62,146 bases of DNA from a virus (Duplodnaviria > Caudoviricetes): positions 1-62,146 of IMG/VR virus record IMGVR_UViG_3300033183_000484; one strand, 5' to 3'. Below the pieces are notes generated by a model that saw only the letters and a program-made list of their open reading frames with translations, had not been told where the DNA came from and searched no databases. Shown here piece by piece: positions 47,571-57,380 of this stretch. Numbering within the stretch: position 1 is the first letter of the stretch; each line of letters opens with the position of its first letter. The position numbers were made by a program, and so were the translations under genes.

Positions 47571-47784
47571 GGCGCCACTTTCCGAAGACCTACTTCGCGG
47601 CGCCGAAGAAATCGCGATCTTCATGTTTGGCGACGTGAAACACCGCCGTAAGGTTTACTACCTCACCGGCGAAGCGCCGCGCGGGCTACCGCACTTCAAA
47701 ATGGGCTCTGTGATCTGTGCGCGCAAAAGCACGATCCGAAACTGGATCAAGGAACAGGAGGGGCGTTTCAAGACGGTGGCATAA
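47521..47784 (+). CDS. AlpA/excisionase-like DNA-binding protein
   Basis: 87 aa, LLRGAEEIA.F...KVYYL...LPHFKMG..ICARKS.I..WI; AAAGGA RBS. Confidence 0.75.
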   Translation: MTQNPGPIQATEKTATEAPLSEDLLRGAEEIAIFMFGDVKHRRKVYYLTGEAPRGLPHFKMGSVICARKSTIRNWIKEQEGRFKTVA

Positions 47785-47865
47785 GGCCACTCCCGAAAGA
47801 GTTCTGCAGCCCGCGATGCATGCGCGGGCTGCTATTTCCCCAGATGCACAGAGAACGCTTTCAGA

Positions 47866-50307
47866 ATGACGCTTCAAGACAATCCCCTAGATTTCAACAG
47901 CAAGCCGCCCCGCGCCAAGGGCAAAAATGGCGCCCGCATGCCCATCGCAAAACTGGCCGAATTGCTGAACGACCGCGTTGCCGACTTGGCACAGGAACTG
48001 ATGGGGCCACCCAACCGCGAACTTTCCAGTCAGCAACAACTGCGCTTTGGCACCAAAGGCAGCCTGGCCGTCGAGATTGCCGGCAAAGACAAGGGGCGCT
48101 GGTATGACCATGAAGCAAGCACCGGCGGCGCTGGGCTGGAGTTGATCCAGCACTGCCTCGGAATTGAAGGTAAATCCGCATGGGATTGGGCGCGAAATTG
48201 GCTGGGCGAGATGCCCAACTCCGCGCTGTCACGCCCCCCCGCCACGCCCAAAGCGGCCCCTGCAAGCACATCCCCTGCCCCGACAACGGAAGAGCGCAGC
48301 GAGAAATTCGCTCAAATCTTGCGGCGTTGCGAAAGCCTCGCCTCCACCCCCGTGCTGCCCTATCTGCGCCGACGCGGCATCACCGCCACCCCGCCGGACT
48401 GCATCAAATATCGGCAATATGCGTATGGCAAGTTTGGCGCCATGGTCGCGCTTGCAACCGATGAGGCTGGCGACGTTCTGGCTCTGCAGCAGGTATACCT
48501 CACCGCCCAAGGCGAAAAGGCGCCGCTCGAGGTCAAGAAACGCACAAACAAGGCAGTTGATGGGTGGGGCGAGCGCTCCGCAGTCCGCCTCCCGGGTAAC
48601 GAACCCTTGGTCCTCTGCGAAGGCGTCGAAACCGCCCTCTCAGTCTGGCAAGCAACAGGACAGGAAACATGGGCCTGCCTCGGGGTCTCAAACTTTGGCA
48701 ACGCCCCGGTACCCGCAAACTCTACGGTCATCATTGCACGCGACGGCGATGCCCCAGGCAGCAAAGCCGAGCGCCAAATCAATCGCGCAGCCCGCAGCCT
48801 CGGCACACGTGGCCGCAACGTCTTGATCGCGATGCCACCCGAGGGGCAGGACTTCAACGATGTGCTTGTGCAAGAAGGGGATGCGGCGGTTCGCAATTAC
48901 ATCGCCAACGCCGAGCCAGCGGCCTTCACATCGGTTGACGACCGCCGCAAGGACTTGTTCGTCGGCTCCGACATCGAGATTGCAAAACGCGTGCGCGAGG
49001 ACCTCACCGAACGCCATGGACGGATCGTCTATGCCGAGGGTGCGTTCTGGCATTATGACGAAACGGAATGGAAACCCATCCCGGATCACACGATCAGGCT
49101 GCCCGTCCATGTTTACGATGGCGCGACATTCATGACCGCGTCGGGTGAGCCATCAAACGTCAAGCTGAACAAGTCACGGGTGGACTCCGTGCTCAATGAA
49201 TGTGCCGCGCTTTGCGCAGATCCCGAGTTCTTCCAAAACCCGCCTGCAGGTATCAACTGCGCCTCAGGCTTTATCCGCTTCGACGATGCAGGCAGTCCCC
49301 AACTCGAGCGCCATCACCGCAGTCACCGGTGCCGCCACACTCTACCAGGTCAATGGAAAGCTGACGCATCCGGCACACCGCCCGAGGGCTCACTTCTCCA
49401 CCGCCTCTTGTCTGGCAGTTTCAAAGGTGATCGGGATGCACAGGCGAAATGTGATCTGCTGGCCGAGGTTTGCGGCTCGGCCGCGTTGGGATATGCCACG
49501 CGCCTTCTGCAGCCTCGCGCGGTCATTCTCCACGGCAAGACCGCTGAAAACGGCAAGAGCCAGATCCTAGAGCTGGCGCGCGGCCTGCTGCCCGAGAGCG
49601 CGAAATGCTCGCTCACCGCCTCAAGCATGTCGGACGAGCGGCATATCATCGGCCTTGTGGGCAAACTCCTGAATGCCTCCGATGAATTGTCACCCGAAGC
49701 CATCGCCTCGGACACCTTCAAATCCGTGGTGACCGGCGAACCCGTTCACGGGCGCGATGTCTACAAGAGCAGGGTGGAGTTCCGCTCGGTCGCGCAGAAC
49801 CTCTTTGCCGCCAACCAGCTACCCGGCTTCAGCGGCGGTGTGGATCGTGGAGTGCAGCGCCGCCTTTTGGTGATCCCCTTCACGCGAACAATCCCCCTCG
49901 AGGAGAGGATTGCCGACATCGGAAAGCGGATCGCCCTAGAGGAAGCAGACCTGCTCCTCGCTTGGGCTGTCGAAGGCGCTTCCCGATTGATCCGCCAACG
50001 CAATTTCAATACCCCGAAGACTTGCCAAGATGCGCTTCTCGACTGGCTGCTGAGTGAAGACCCCGTGTTGGATTGGATCAATACCAGCGTGCGCACCGCA
50101 CCCATCGTCAATGGCGAGCCGAGGCTTGCAACACGCGACGCCTACCTGCGGTTTACCAACTGGGCGCAGGCCGAAGGCTACAAGTCGGACAAGATCCCCG
50201 CGATCAACGGCTTCGTCCAACGCGTTCAGGCGCAAGTTCCGGGGCTTCAGCACAAGCGTACGAGTGCTGGGCGGTTCTTTGTCGGCATGACAGTGACGCA
50301 GTGGTGA
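47866..50307 (+). CDS. Primase-helicase (Toprim + D5/P4-alpha-like SF3 helicase)
   Basis: YL..RGI, CEGVETALS, RDGD, DFND; GKTAENGKS, NASDE, FAANQLP, QRRLLVIPF. Confidence 0.9.
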   Translation: MTLQDNPLDFNSKPPRAKGKNGARMPIAKLAELLNDRVADLAQELMGPPNRELSSQQQLRFGTKGSLAVEIAGKDKGRWYDHEASTGGAGLELIQHCLGIEGKSAWDWARNWLGEMPNSALSRPPATPKAAPASTSPAPTTEERSEKFAQILRRCESLASTPVLPYLRRRGITATPPDCIKYRQYAYGKFGAMVALATDEAGDVLALQQVYLTAQGEKAPLEVKKRTNKAVDGWGERSAVRLPGNEPLVLCEGVETALSVWQATGQETWACLGVSNFGNAPVPANSTVIIARDGDAPGSKAERQINRAARSLGTRGRNVLIAMPPEGQDFNDVLVQEGDAAVRNYIANAEPAAFTSVDDRRKDLFVGSDIEIAKRVREDLTERHGRIVYAEGAFWHYDETEWKPIPDHTIRLPVHVYDGATFMTASGEPSNVKLNKSRVDSVLNECAALCADPEFFQNPPAGINCASGFIRFDDAGSPQLERHHRSHRCRHTLPGQWKADASGTPPEGSLLHRLLSGSFKGDRDAQAKCDLLAEVCGSAALGYATRLLQPRAVILHGKTAENGKSQILELARGLLPESAKCSLTASSMSDERHIIGLVGKLLNASDELSPEAIASDTFKSVVTGEPVHGRDVYKSRVEFRSVAQNLFAANQLPGFSGGVDRGVQRRLLVIPFTRTIPLEERIADIGKRIALEEADLLLAWAVEGASRLIRQRNFNTPKTCQDALLDWLLSEDPVLDWINTSVRTAPIVNGEPRLATRDAYLRFTNWAQAEGYKSDKIPAINGFVQRVQAQVPGLQHKRTSAGRFFVGMTVTQW

Positions 50308-50495
50308 CGCACCAATGACGCACTATAGCCTGCAACCCATTGAAAGTGTTGAGATGACGCACCTAGAGCCAAACATTTTATATAGCGGGAAATCAATTTC
50401 CCCTCATAGGAAAAGGTTGAGCAAAAGTGCGTCATCTCAACACTTTCAAGGACTTACAGAGGAAAGTGCGTCATTCATGCGTCACGGGTGCGTCA
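50294..50495. repeat. Mirror-symmetric iteron array, putative replication origin
   Basis: TGACGCA at 50294/50305/50316/50355; TGCGTCA at 50428/50467/50478/50489; perfect 23-bp inverted repeat 50340-50362/50427-50449; central GGGAAAT-CA-ATTTCCC. Confidence 0.85.
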
Positions 50496-50555
50496 TTCCA
50501 TCAGGGCAATCACTCTGCCCCAGTAGCAATGATTGGGAAGGAACAGAAACGTGGC

Positions 50556-50599
50556 GGTTCCTCCTGGAGAGATTTGTATGCGGGGGGGCGCAGCGCATA
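50556..50599 (+). other. Putative lambda-like cos site
   Basis: GGTTCCT (cosQ-like), then TATGCG-GGGGGGCGCAG-CGCATA just upstream of terS. Confidence 0.5.
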
Positions 50600-50624
50600 A
50601 GCCCGCCAGCGTCAGGGGGCCGAA

Positions 50625-51143
50625 TTGACTAAACTCAACAGCTCGGAATCCAAGACTGACTTCGCCACCCGCGTCGGCCTGACCAAAGGGCGCATCTCGC
50701 AGCTGATCACCAACGGCCTGCCCGTGCGGCCGGATGGACAGATCGACGTGGCCGAGGGGCTGGCCTGGATCGAGGCCAATCTCGATCCCTCGCGGCGCAA
50801 CAAGGGCGGTGCGGCGGCCTCGTTCAGCGCGTCACGGGCCGGTACCACCCTGGCCGATGCCAAGCGGCTGCATGAGATCGTGAAAGTGCAACGCGCCAAG
50901 CTCGCCTTTGAAAAGGAGCAAGGGCTGCTGATCGACACGGCCGCCGCGACGCGCACCGTGTTTGCGCGCGCCCGTGCTGAACGCGACGCGCATATGGCCT
51001 GGGTGCAGCGCAGCGCGCCCTTGTTGGCAGCGGAGCTGGGGGCTGACCCTCGGGCGACCTTCGCCGCGCTCGACCGCATGATGCGCGAGCATCTCGAACA
51101 TTTGGCCGACATGCCGCTGGGGAGTTTTGACGATGGTGCCTGA
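50625..51143 (+). CDS. terS: Terminase small subunit (Nu1-like)
   Basis: wHTH FATRVGLTKGRISQL...GLP...DGQID followed by a coil; overlaps terL. Confidence 0.75.
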   Translation: MTKLNSSESKTDFATRVGLTKGRISQLITNGLPVRPDGQIDVAEGLAWIEANLDPSRRNKGGAAASFSASRAGTTLADAKRLHEIVKVQRAKLAFEKEQGLLIDTAAATRTVFARARAERDAHMAWVQRSAPLLAAELGADPRATFAALDRMMREHLEHLADMPLGSFDDGA

Positions 51144-52935
51144 TATTGATCTTGCCTGGCGGCGCGGCATCCGGCCGGAACCGCTAATCCCGGTCTCGGA
51201 CTGGGCTGACCGCAACCGCATCCTGCCACCCACCTCGGCCGAGCCGGGCCGCTGGCGCACGGATCGGACGCCCTATCTGCGCGCGGTGATGGATGCCCTG
51301 TCCACCTCCAGCCCCTACGAACGGGTGGTGCTGATGAAGGGCGCGCAAACCGGCGGCTCCGAGGCAGGGCTGAACTGGCTTGGCTATATCATTCAGAATG
51401 CCCCTGGCATTGCCATGCTGGTCATGCCCTCGCTTGACATGGTGCGGCGCAACACCAGCGTGCGCATCGACCCTCTGATCGAGGCAACTCCGGCCCTGCG
51501 CGATCTGGTGGCATCGCCGCGCTCGCGGGATGCCGGGAACAGCCTCTTTCGCAAATCCTTCCCCGGCGGGCAGCTGGTCATGACCGGCGCCAACTCTGCG
51601 GTGGGCCTGCGCTCGACGCCGGTGCGTTATCTCTTCATGGACGAGGTGGATGGCTATCCGGGCGATGCGGATGGCGAAGGCGACCCAGTTGATCTCGCCA
51701 TTCAGCGCACCGCCACCTTCCGAGGGCGGCGCAAGATTTACATGGTCTCAACGCCCACCCTGAAAGGCTATTCCCGCATCGAGGCGGCGTTCGCCCAGAG
51801 TGACCAGCGGTATTTCCACGTGCCATGTCTGCATTGCGGTGACATGGCCCCGATCACCTGGGCGCGCATTCGCTGGCCGGAGGGGCTACGCGATGCGGCC
51901 TATCTGGTCTGCGAGGCCTGTGGTGGCGTGCATTATGAGCATGAAAAGCCCCGCCTGCTGGCGGCAGGGGAATGGCGCGCGACAGCACCAGGTGATGGCC
52001 GCACGGCTGGGTTTCATTTGTCTGCGCTTTATTCGCCTTGGGAAACTTGGGCGGAAATCGCCACCGAGCATGGCAGAGTAAAAAAGGACCCTGCCCGCCT
52101 GCAGGTCTGGGTGAACACGAAACTGGGCGAGTCCTGGGAGGATCAGGCAGGCGATACCGTCCCCGCCGATCCACTGATGGACCGCCGTGAAATCTGGGGT
52201 GCGGAGCTTCCTGCGGGCGTGGCTGTTTTGACTGCTGGCGTCGATGTGCAAGGCGACCGGCTGGAACTGCAGGTTATCGGCTGGGGCCGCGATGAGGAGG
52301 CTTGGGTCATTGATTACCGCGTGATCTGGGGCGATCCATCCGGGCCACGTGTCTGGGCCGATCTCGATCTGGCGCTGCAGGCGACCTACGTCCACGGTCA
52401 TAGCCGCGCCGAATTGCCGATCCGCGCGACAGCCATCGACACTGGCGGGCACCACACCAAAGCGGCCTACGAGTTCTGCCGAACGCGGCTTGCGCGCCGC
52501 ATCTGGGCGATCAAGGGTCGAGGTGGACCGGGCATACCAGTTTGGCCGCGCAGACCAACCCGCACCAACAAGGGCAAAATCCCGCTGTTCATCGTGGGTG
52601 TCGATGCCGTGAAAGATGCGGTCTATGCGCGCCTCAAGCTCACCGATCCAGGGCCGGGATTTGTGCATTTCGGGCGCAATCTCGATGCGGATTATTTCCG
52701 GCAGTTGACAGCCGAGCGTGTCGTGACCCGATTTGAGCGCGGGCGGCCGATACGGTCATGGCAGCCAAAGCGGGATGGCGAGCGCAACGAGGCGCTGGAT
52801 ACCTTGGTCTACGCGCAGGCGGCATTGCATGGGCTTATCAGCATGGGGCTGAGGTTGAATGAGGAAGTCGCTCGCTCTCCTACGGCTCCGGGCCGCCGTG
52901 TGCAAACGCCGATCCGTTCTGCATGGATGGGATGA
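51133..52935 (+). CDS. terL: Terminase large subunit (lambda gpA family)
   Basis: GRWRT.RTPY, KGAQTGGSE, DEVD.YP, STPT, AGVDVQ.DRLE, IDTGG, RNEALD. Confidence 0.95.
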   Translation: MVPDIDLAWRRGIRPEPLIPVSDWADRNRILPPTSAEPGRWRTDRTPYLRAVMDALSTSSPYERVVLMKGAQTGGSEAGLNWLGYIIQNAPGIAMLVMPSLDMVRRNTSVRIDPLIEATPALRDLVASPRSRDAGNSLFRKSFPGGQLVMTGANSAVGLRSTPVRYLFMDEVDGYPGDADGEGDPVDLAIQRTATFRGRRKIYMVSTPTLKGYSRIEAAFAQSDQRYFHVPCLHCGDMAPITWARIRWPEGLRDAAYLVCEACGGVHYEHEKPRLLAAGEWRATAPGDGRTAGFHLSALYSPWETWAEIATEHGRVKKDPARLQVWVNTKLGESWEDQAGDTVPADPLMDRREIWGAELPAGVAVLTAGVDVQGDRLELQVIGWGRDEEAWVIDYRVIWGDPSGPRVWADLDLALQATYVHGHSRAELPIRATAIDTGGHHTKAAYEFCRTRLARRIWAIKGRGGPGIPVWPRRPTRTNKGKIPLFIVGVDAVKDAVYARLKLTDPGPGFVHFGRNLDADYFRQLTAERVVTRFERGRPIRSWQPKRDGERNEALDTLVYAQAALHGLISMGLRLNEEVARSPTAPGRRVQTPIRSAWMG

Positions 52936-52942
52936 CAGCGGA

Positions 52943-52979
52943 TTGACCCACAGTAAAATTGTGATCATTGTGACCACAA
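52943..52979 (+). promoter_or_regulatory. Putative promoter with overlapping palindromic operator
   Basis: TTGACC-N17-CATTGT; TTGTGATCA-TTG-TGACCACAA (8/9 inverted repeat) at 52959-52979. Confidence 0.5.
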
Positions 52980-52994
52980 AATACGGAGGGCCGG

Positions 52995-53183
52995 ATGAAG
53001 GCCATGTCTGCCCGCGCGGCCAAACACCATTTTGGCCAGTTGATCGACGCCGCATTGGCCGCACCGGTGGTGGTCGAAAAACATGGCCGCCCGGTGGTAG
53101 TGGTGCTGTCGGTCGAAGAATTTCAGCGGCTGACAGGGCAATCGGTGGCACCCTCTGACAAACATGACAAGGACGCGCCGTAA
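52995..53183 (+). CDS. Phd/YefM-family antitoxin-like protein (no adjacent toxin)
   Basis: SARAAKHHFGQLIDAA...PVVVEKHGRPVVVVLSVEEF; GGAGG RBS. Confidence 0.85.
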   Translation: MKAMSARAAKHHFGQLIDAALAAPVVVEKHGRPVVVVLSVEEFQRLTGQSVAPSDKHDKDAP

Positions 53184-53186
53184 CTA

Positions 53187-54737
53187 ATGCCCATTCTGAA
53201 CTGGCTGACCCGAGACGAGGATACCCGTAGCGCCGCCCGCGTGCCTTACCGTCTACTGGAAGAGGTGCCCGAGCTTTCGGCGGGTGACGGCGCCACGGAA
53301 AATATGCTGATCCAGGGCGACAATCTGGAGGCGCTGAAGGCGCTGCTGCCGTTTTATGCTGGTCGGGTGAAATGCATCTACATCGACCCGCCTTACAACA
53401 CTGGGTCAGCTTTCGAGCACTATGACGATAATCTGGAGCACAGCCAATGGCTGGCTATGATGTGGCCCCGGCTGGAATTGCTGCGCGAGTTGCTGGCCGA
53501 GGATGGCTCCATTTGGGTGAGCATTGATGATGATGAAGCCCACTACATGAAGGTGATGCTTGATGAAATTTTTGGGAGAAAGAACTTCATAGTCAACGCA
53601 CTTTGGCAGAAGCGCACGTCACCCGATGGCAGAATCCACATGGGGGATGCCCACGATCACATCTTGGTCTACGGCTCACAAACTTCCAGAATTAAATTCA
53701 ATGAACTTAGTCTGAACGAGGATCAGGCAAAGGCATACAAAAACCCCGATGACGATCCCAAAGGCCCATGGGTATCGACGGATTTCACGGCGCAGGGTTA
53801 TCGACCCAACCAAATGTATACGATCGTCACTCCCGGCGGTGCCGAATATTCACCGCCAGAGGGACGCTGCTGGGGCAATATTGAGGACAATTTTAAACGC
53901 TTTCTCGCTGAGGGACGTATGTGGTTCGGCAAAGATGGGAAGGCTCGACCGAGGATCAAAAACTATCTTTCGGAAGCTAATGGCGTGAAATCATGGAGTT
54001 GGTGGACGAACAAAGATGTAGGTCACAATCAAGAGGCCAAGAAAGAGATTAATGCGATCTTTGGAGCCACCAATGCTTTCGACACGCCAAAACCTGAGCG
54101 TTTGATTGAAAGGATTTTGACCATCGCCACCAACCCCGGCGACCTCGTCCTCGACAGCTTCCTCGGTTCTGGCACCACGGCGGCAGTGGCGCAGAAGATG
54201 GGTCGTCGCTGGATCGGCATCGAGATGGGCGACCATGCCGTCACACATTGCGCGCCGCGCCTGCAAAAGGTGATCGACGGCGAACAGGGCGGCATTTCAA
54301 AGGCCGTCAATTGGCAGGGCGGCGGCGGCTTCCGCTTCTATCGCCTTGGCCCGCCGGTCTTTGATGAACAGGGCCATATTCGGGCCGATATCCGTTTCCC
54401 CGTGCTGGCGGCGCATGTGTGGTTTTCTGAGGTTGGCCGCCCCTGGATCGGGACCTCTGGCACGCCGATATTGGGGATCCATGACGGCCGCGCTATCGCG
54501 CTTTTGTATAACGGCATCCTCGGCGACAAACGGCCAGCAGGCGGCAATGTGCTGACCCGCACCACGCTCAAACTGATCCGCGAGACTGTCGCCACGCTGG
54601 ACCCCGAGTTTGTGACGACCAATCCCGAGTATCCGCTGACCGTCTATGGCGAGCAATCCCGCCTGCAGCCCACCGCACTCGACAACGAGCGTATCAGTTT
54701 CAAACAGACGCCCTACGACATCAAAGCGCGCAAGTAA
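53187..54737 (+). CDS. mod: Type III R-M methyltransferase (Mod)
   Basis: NMLIQGDNL, YIDPPYNTG, TPKPERL, LDSFLGSGTT (beta-class order). Confidence 0.93.
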   Translation: MPILNWLTRDEDTRSAARVPYRLLEEVPELSAGDGATENMLIQGDNLEALKALLPFYAGRVKCIYIDPPYNTGSAFEHYDDNLEHSQWLAMMWPRLELLRELLAEDGSIWVSIDDDEAHYMKVMLDEIFGRKNFIVNALWQKRTSPDGRIHMGDAHDHILVYGSQTSRIKFNELSLNEDQAKAYKNPDDDPKGPWVSTDFTAQGYRPNQMYTIVTPGGAEYSPPEGRCWGNIEDNFKRFLAEGRMWFGKDGKARPRIKNYLSEANGVKSWSWWTNKDVGHNQEAKKEINAIFGATNAFDTPKPERLIERILTIATNPGDLVLDSFLGSGTTAAVAQKMGRRWIGIEMGDHAVTHCAPRLQKVIDGEQGGISKAVNWQGGGGFRFYRLGPPVFDEQGHIRADIRFPVLAAHVWFSEVGRPWIGTSGTPILGIHDGRAIALLYNGILGDKRPAGGNVLTRTTLKLIRETVATLDPEFVTTNPEYPLTVYGEQSRLQPTALDNERISFKQTPYDIKARK

Positions 54738-54749
54738 TAGGGGCCTCAG

Positions 54750-57380
54750 ATGAAGCTTAAAAAATACCAAAGCGATACTCTGTCCACGCTACGGCGTTTC
54801 CTGCAGGACGCCCGCGTTGCAGGGGCCAAAGGCGCCTATGAAGCGATCACCAAGGAGCCGGATCAAGCCAAGCGGCTGGGCCGCTACGGCGGCAGCTATA
54901 CGCCGCTGGTGGAACTGCCAAGCGTTCCCTATGTCTGCCTGCGTCTGCCTACCGGGGGCGGCAAAACGATCCTTGGCGCGCATTCCATCGGCATTGCCCG
55001 CGATGCCTGGGTGGAAAAGGACTATCCGATGGTGCTCTGGCTGGTGCCGTCGAACACCATCCGACTGCAGACGGCCGATGCGCTGAAGAACCCGCGCCAC
55101 CCCTATCGGCAGGCTTTGGACGAGGCGTTTGACGGCCGGGTTCGGGTTTTCGACATCGCCGACTTCACGCAGATCCGCCCGCATGACATCCGTGACAATT
55201 GCTGCATCGTGGTAGGCACGATCCAGACACTGCGAGTGTCGAACACCGAAGGGCGCAAGGTCTATGCCCACAACGAGAATATGGAGCCGCACTTCACGGC
55301 ACTGCCGACGACTCTGCCCGGACTGGAAACGATGGACGGCGGCGGGGTGAAGTTCTCCTTCGCCAATCTGATGCACATTCACCGCCCGCTGATGATCGTG
55401 GACGAGGCGCATAACGCCGTAACCGGCCTGACGCGCGAGATGCAAGGCCGGGTGAACCCCTGTGCCATCATCGAGTTCACGGCGACGCCGCGGCTGAATT
55501 CCAACATCCTGCACAGCGTGACAGCGCAGGAGCTGAAGCAGGAAGAGATGATCAAGCTGCCGATCATGCTGTCGGAACATGACACCTGGCAGAATGCGGT
55601 GAACGGTGCCATCGCGTCTCGGGCATCGCTGGCGGAGGAAGCCGAGAAGGACCCAGACTACATCCGTCCTATCGTTTTGTTCCAGGCGCAGCCGAAGAAC
55701 CAGGAAGTGACGGTCGAGGTGCTGAAGCAGCACCTGATGGAGGTGGAAAACGTCGAGGAGCACAAGATTGCCATTGCGACCGGCGATCAGCGCGAATTGG
55801 ATGGGGTCAACCTTTTCGATCCGAAATGCCCCATCGAATACGTCATCACCGTCGAGGCGCTGAAAGAAGGGTGGGATTGTTCCTTCGCCTATGCGTTCTG
55901 CTCGGTTTCACGGATACAGAGTGCGGTAGACGTGGAGCAGTTGCTCGGCCGCGTCCTGCGGATGCCTTATGCCAAGCGCCGCAAAGCCGAAGATCTGAAT
56001 CGCGCATATGCCTTCCTGTCAGAGCCGTCCTTTGGCGAAGCGGCGCGTTCATTGGCTGACAAGCTGGTGGCGATGGGCTTCGAGGAAGACGAGGCTGTCG
56101 CCAATATCGAACCGGCACAAACGTTGCTCGATATGGATACCGGGCTGTTTGGCCCCCGTGACAAGCCGAAACCGACCTTCACGCATACCGTGACGGCGAC
56201 ACCGGAAGTGGTGGCAGAACTTAAGAAGCGTGAAGGGGTGACCGTTCGCGAAACGGAGGATGGAAAAGTCGAGATCGCGGTGACCGGCCGCGTCGATGGC
56301 GGCCTTGAACAGGCGATCATCCAGGCGCTGCCCGAAACAGAACGGACCGGATTTTCAGCAGCCGTCACCAAGTATCGCGTCGAGGCGAAGGATCAGCTTT
56401 CGCCTGCCGAACAGGGCGAGGCATTCAGGGTTCCGCGCTTGGTGTCGGAAATACAGGGCGAGTTCGAATTTGCCGACACCGACGTATTCATGGAGCTTCA
56501 CGACTGGTCGCTGTTGAACCATTCGTCCAAACTTGGCGACGCCGAGTTTGCGATCCGCGAAACTGCCCGTAGCTTCGAGATCGACCTCGACGGTAACCGC
56601 ATCACCTATCAATTCGCCGATGAGGCCGAGCAACTGGCGCTGGATGTCGATGTCGATGGCTGGACACCGGAAGCATTGGTGCTGTGGCTCGACCGTCAGG
56701 TGCGCCAGCAGGATATTCACCAAAGCGAACTGCTGCGGTGGCTGCGCGACTTGGTCGGCCATCTGATCACGGCTCGCGGCATGCACATCGCTGCGTTGAT
56801 GCGCTGCAAGTTCATCCTCGCCCGCAAAATCCGAGAGAAGATTGCCACCATCCGTCAGCAAGAACGCAACGGCGTCTACCAGCGCTACTTGTTCGCACCA
56901 CAGGCAAAGGTCGACGTGTCTTTCGACCAAGAGTTCGCGTTCAAGGACGGTATGTATTGGGACCAGCGTCGCTATCGCGGGCGGTGGAAACCACGTCGAC
57001 ATTTCCTTGGCCCCGATCAGGTTCCTGCCTTCGACGGCGCAGAGAACGGTGAGGAATTCCAGTGCGCGCAGGCTATCGACAGCCTGCCGGGCGTGAAGTT
57101 CTGGATCCGCAATATAGCCAGGCATCCGAATTCATTCTGGCTGCCGACGGCAACCGACAAGTTCTATCCCGACTTCGTCGCGCAGATGAATGACGGCCGC
57201 CTGCTCATCGTGGAATACAAAGGTGCCCATATCGCCGACGGAGCTGATACGGCCGAGAAGCGGACCATTGGTCAACTATGGGAAAGCAAGAGCGGCGGCA
57301 AAGGGCTGTTCGTCGTGGTTGAGAAGTTAATCGATGGAAAAGATATGCGAACACAGATGACCGCAAAAATCGGTGCCTGA
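54750..57380 (+). CDS. res: Type III R-M restriction subunit (Res)
   Basis: LPTGGGKT, DEAH, TATP, EGWD, QLLGR.LR; C-terminal YPDF...VEYKG (PD-ExK). Confidence 0.93.
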   Translation: MKLKKYQSDTLSTLRRFLQDARVAGAKGAYEAITKEPDQAKRLGRYGGSYTPLVELPSVPYVCLRLPTGGGKTILGAHSIGIARDAWVEKDYPMVLWLVPSNTIRLQTADALKNPRHPYRQALDEAFDGRVRVFDIADFTQIRPHDIRDNCCIVVGTIQTLRVSNTEGRKVYAHNENMEPHFTALPTTLPGLETMDGGGVKFSFANLMHIHRPLMIVDEAHNAVTGLTREMQGRVNPCAIIEFTATPRLNSNILHSVTAQELKQEEMIKLPIMLSEHDTWQNAVNGAIASRASLAEEAEKDPDYIRPIVLFQAQPKNQEVTVEVLKQHLMEVENVEEHKIAIATGDQRELDGVNLFDPKCPIEYVITVEALKEGWDCSFAYAFCSVSRIQSAVDVEQLLGRVLRMPYAKRRKAEDLNRAYAFLSEPSFGEAARSLADKLVAMGFEEDEAVANIEPAQTLLDMDTGLFGPRDKPKPTFTHTVTATPEVVAELKKREGVTVRETEDGKVEIAVTGRVDGGLEQAIIQALPETERTGFSAAVTKYRVEAKDQLSPAEQGEAFRVPRLVSEIQGEFEFADTDVFMELHDWSLLNHSSKLGDAEFAIRETARSFEIDLDGNRITYQFADEAEQLALDVDVDGWTPEALVLWLDRQVRQQDIHQSELLRWLRDLVGHLITARGMHIAALMRCKFILARKIREKIATIRQQERNGVYQRYLFAPQAKVDVSFDQEFAFKDGMYWDQRRYRGRWKPRRHFLGPDQVPAFDGAENGEEFQCAQAIDSLPGVKFWIRNIARHPNSFWLPTATDKFYPDFVAQMNDGRLLIVEYKGAHIADGADTAEKRTIGQLWESKSGGKGLFVVVEKLIDGKDMRTQMTAKIGA

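Noticed and set aside
50315-50632. 105-aa ORF between helicase and terS
   Set aside because: It overlies the iteron and cos-like structure; its repeated peptides just mirror the DNA repeats.
52995-53183. Complete toxin-antitoxin pair
   Set aside because: The next gene is mod, 3 bp away; no RelE/Doc/PIN toxin on either side.
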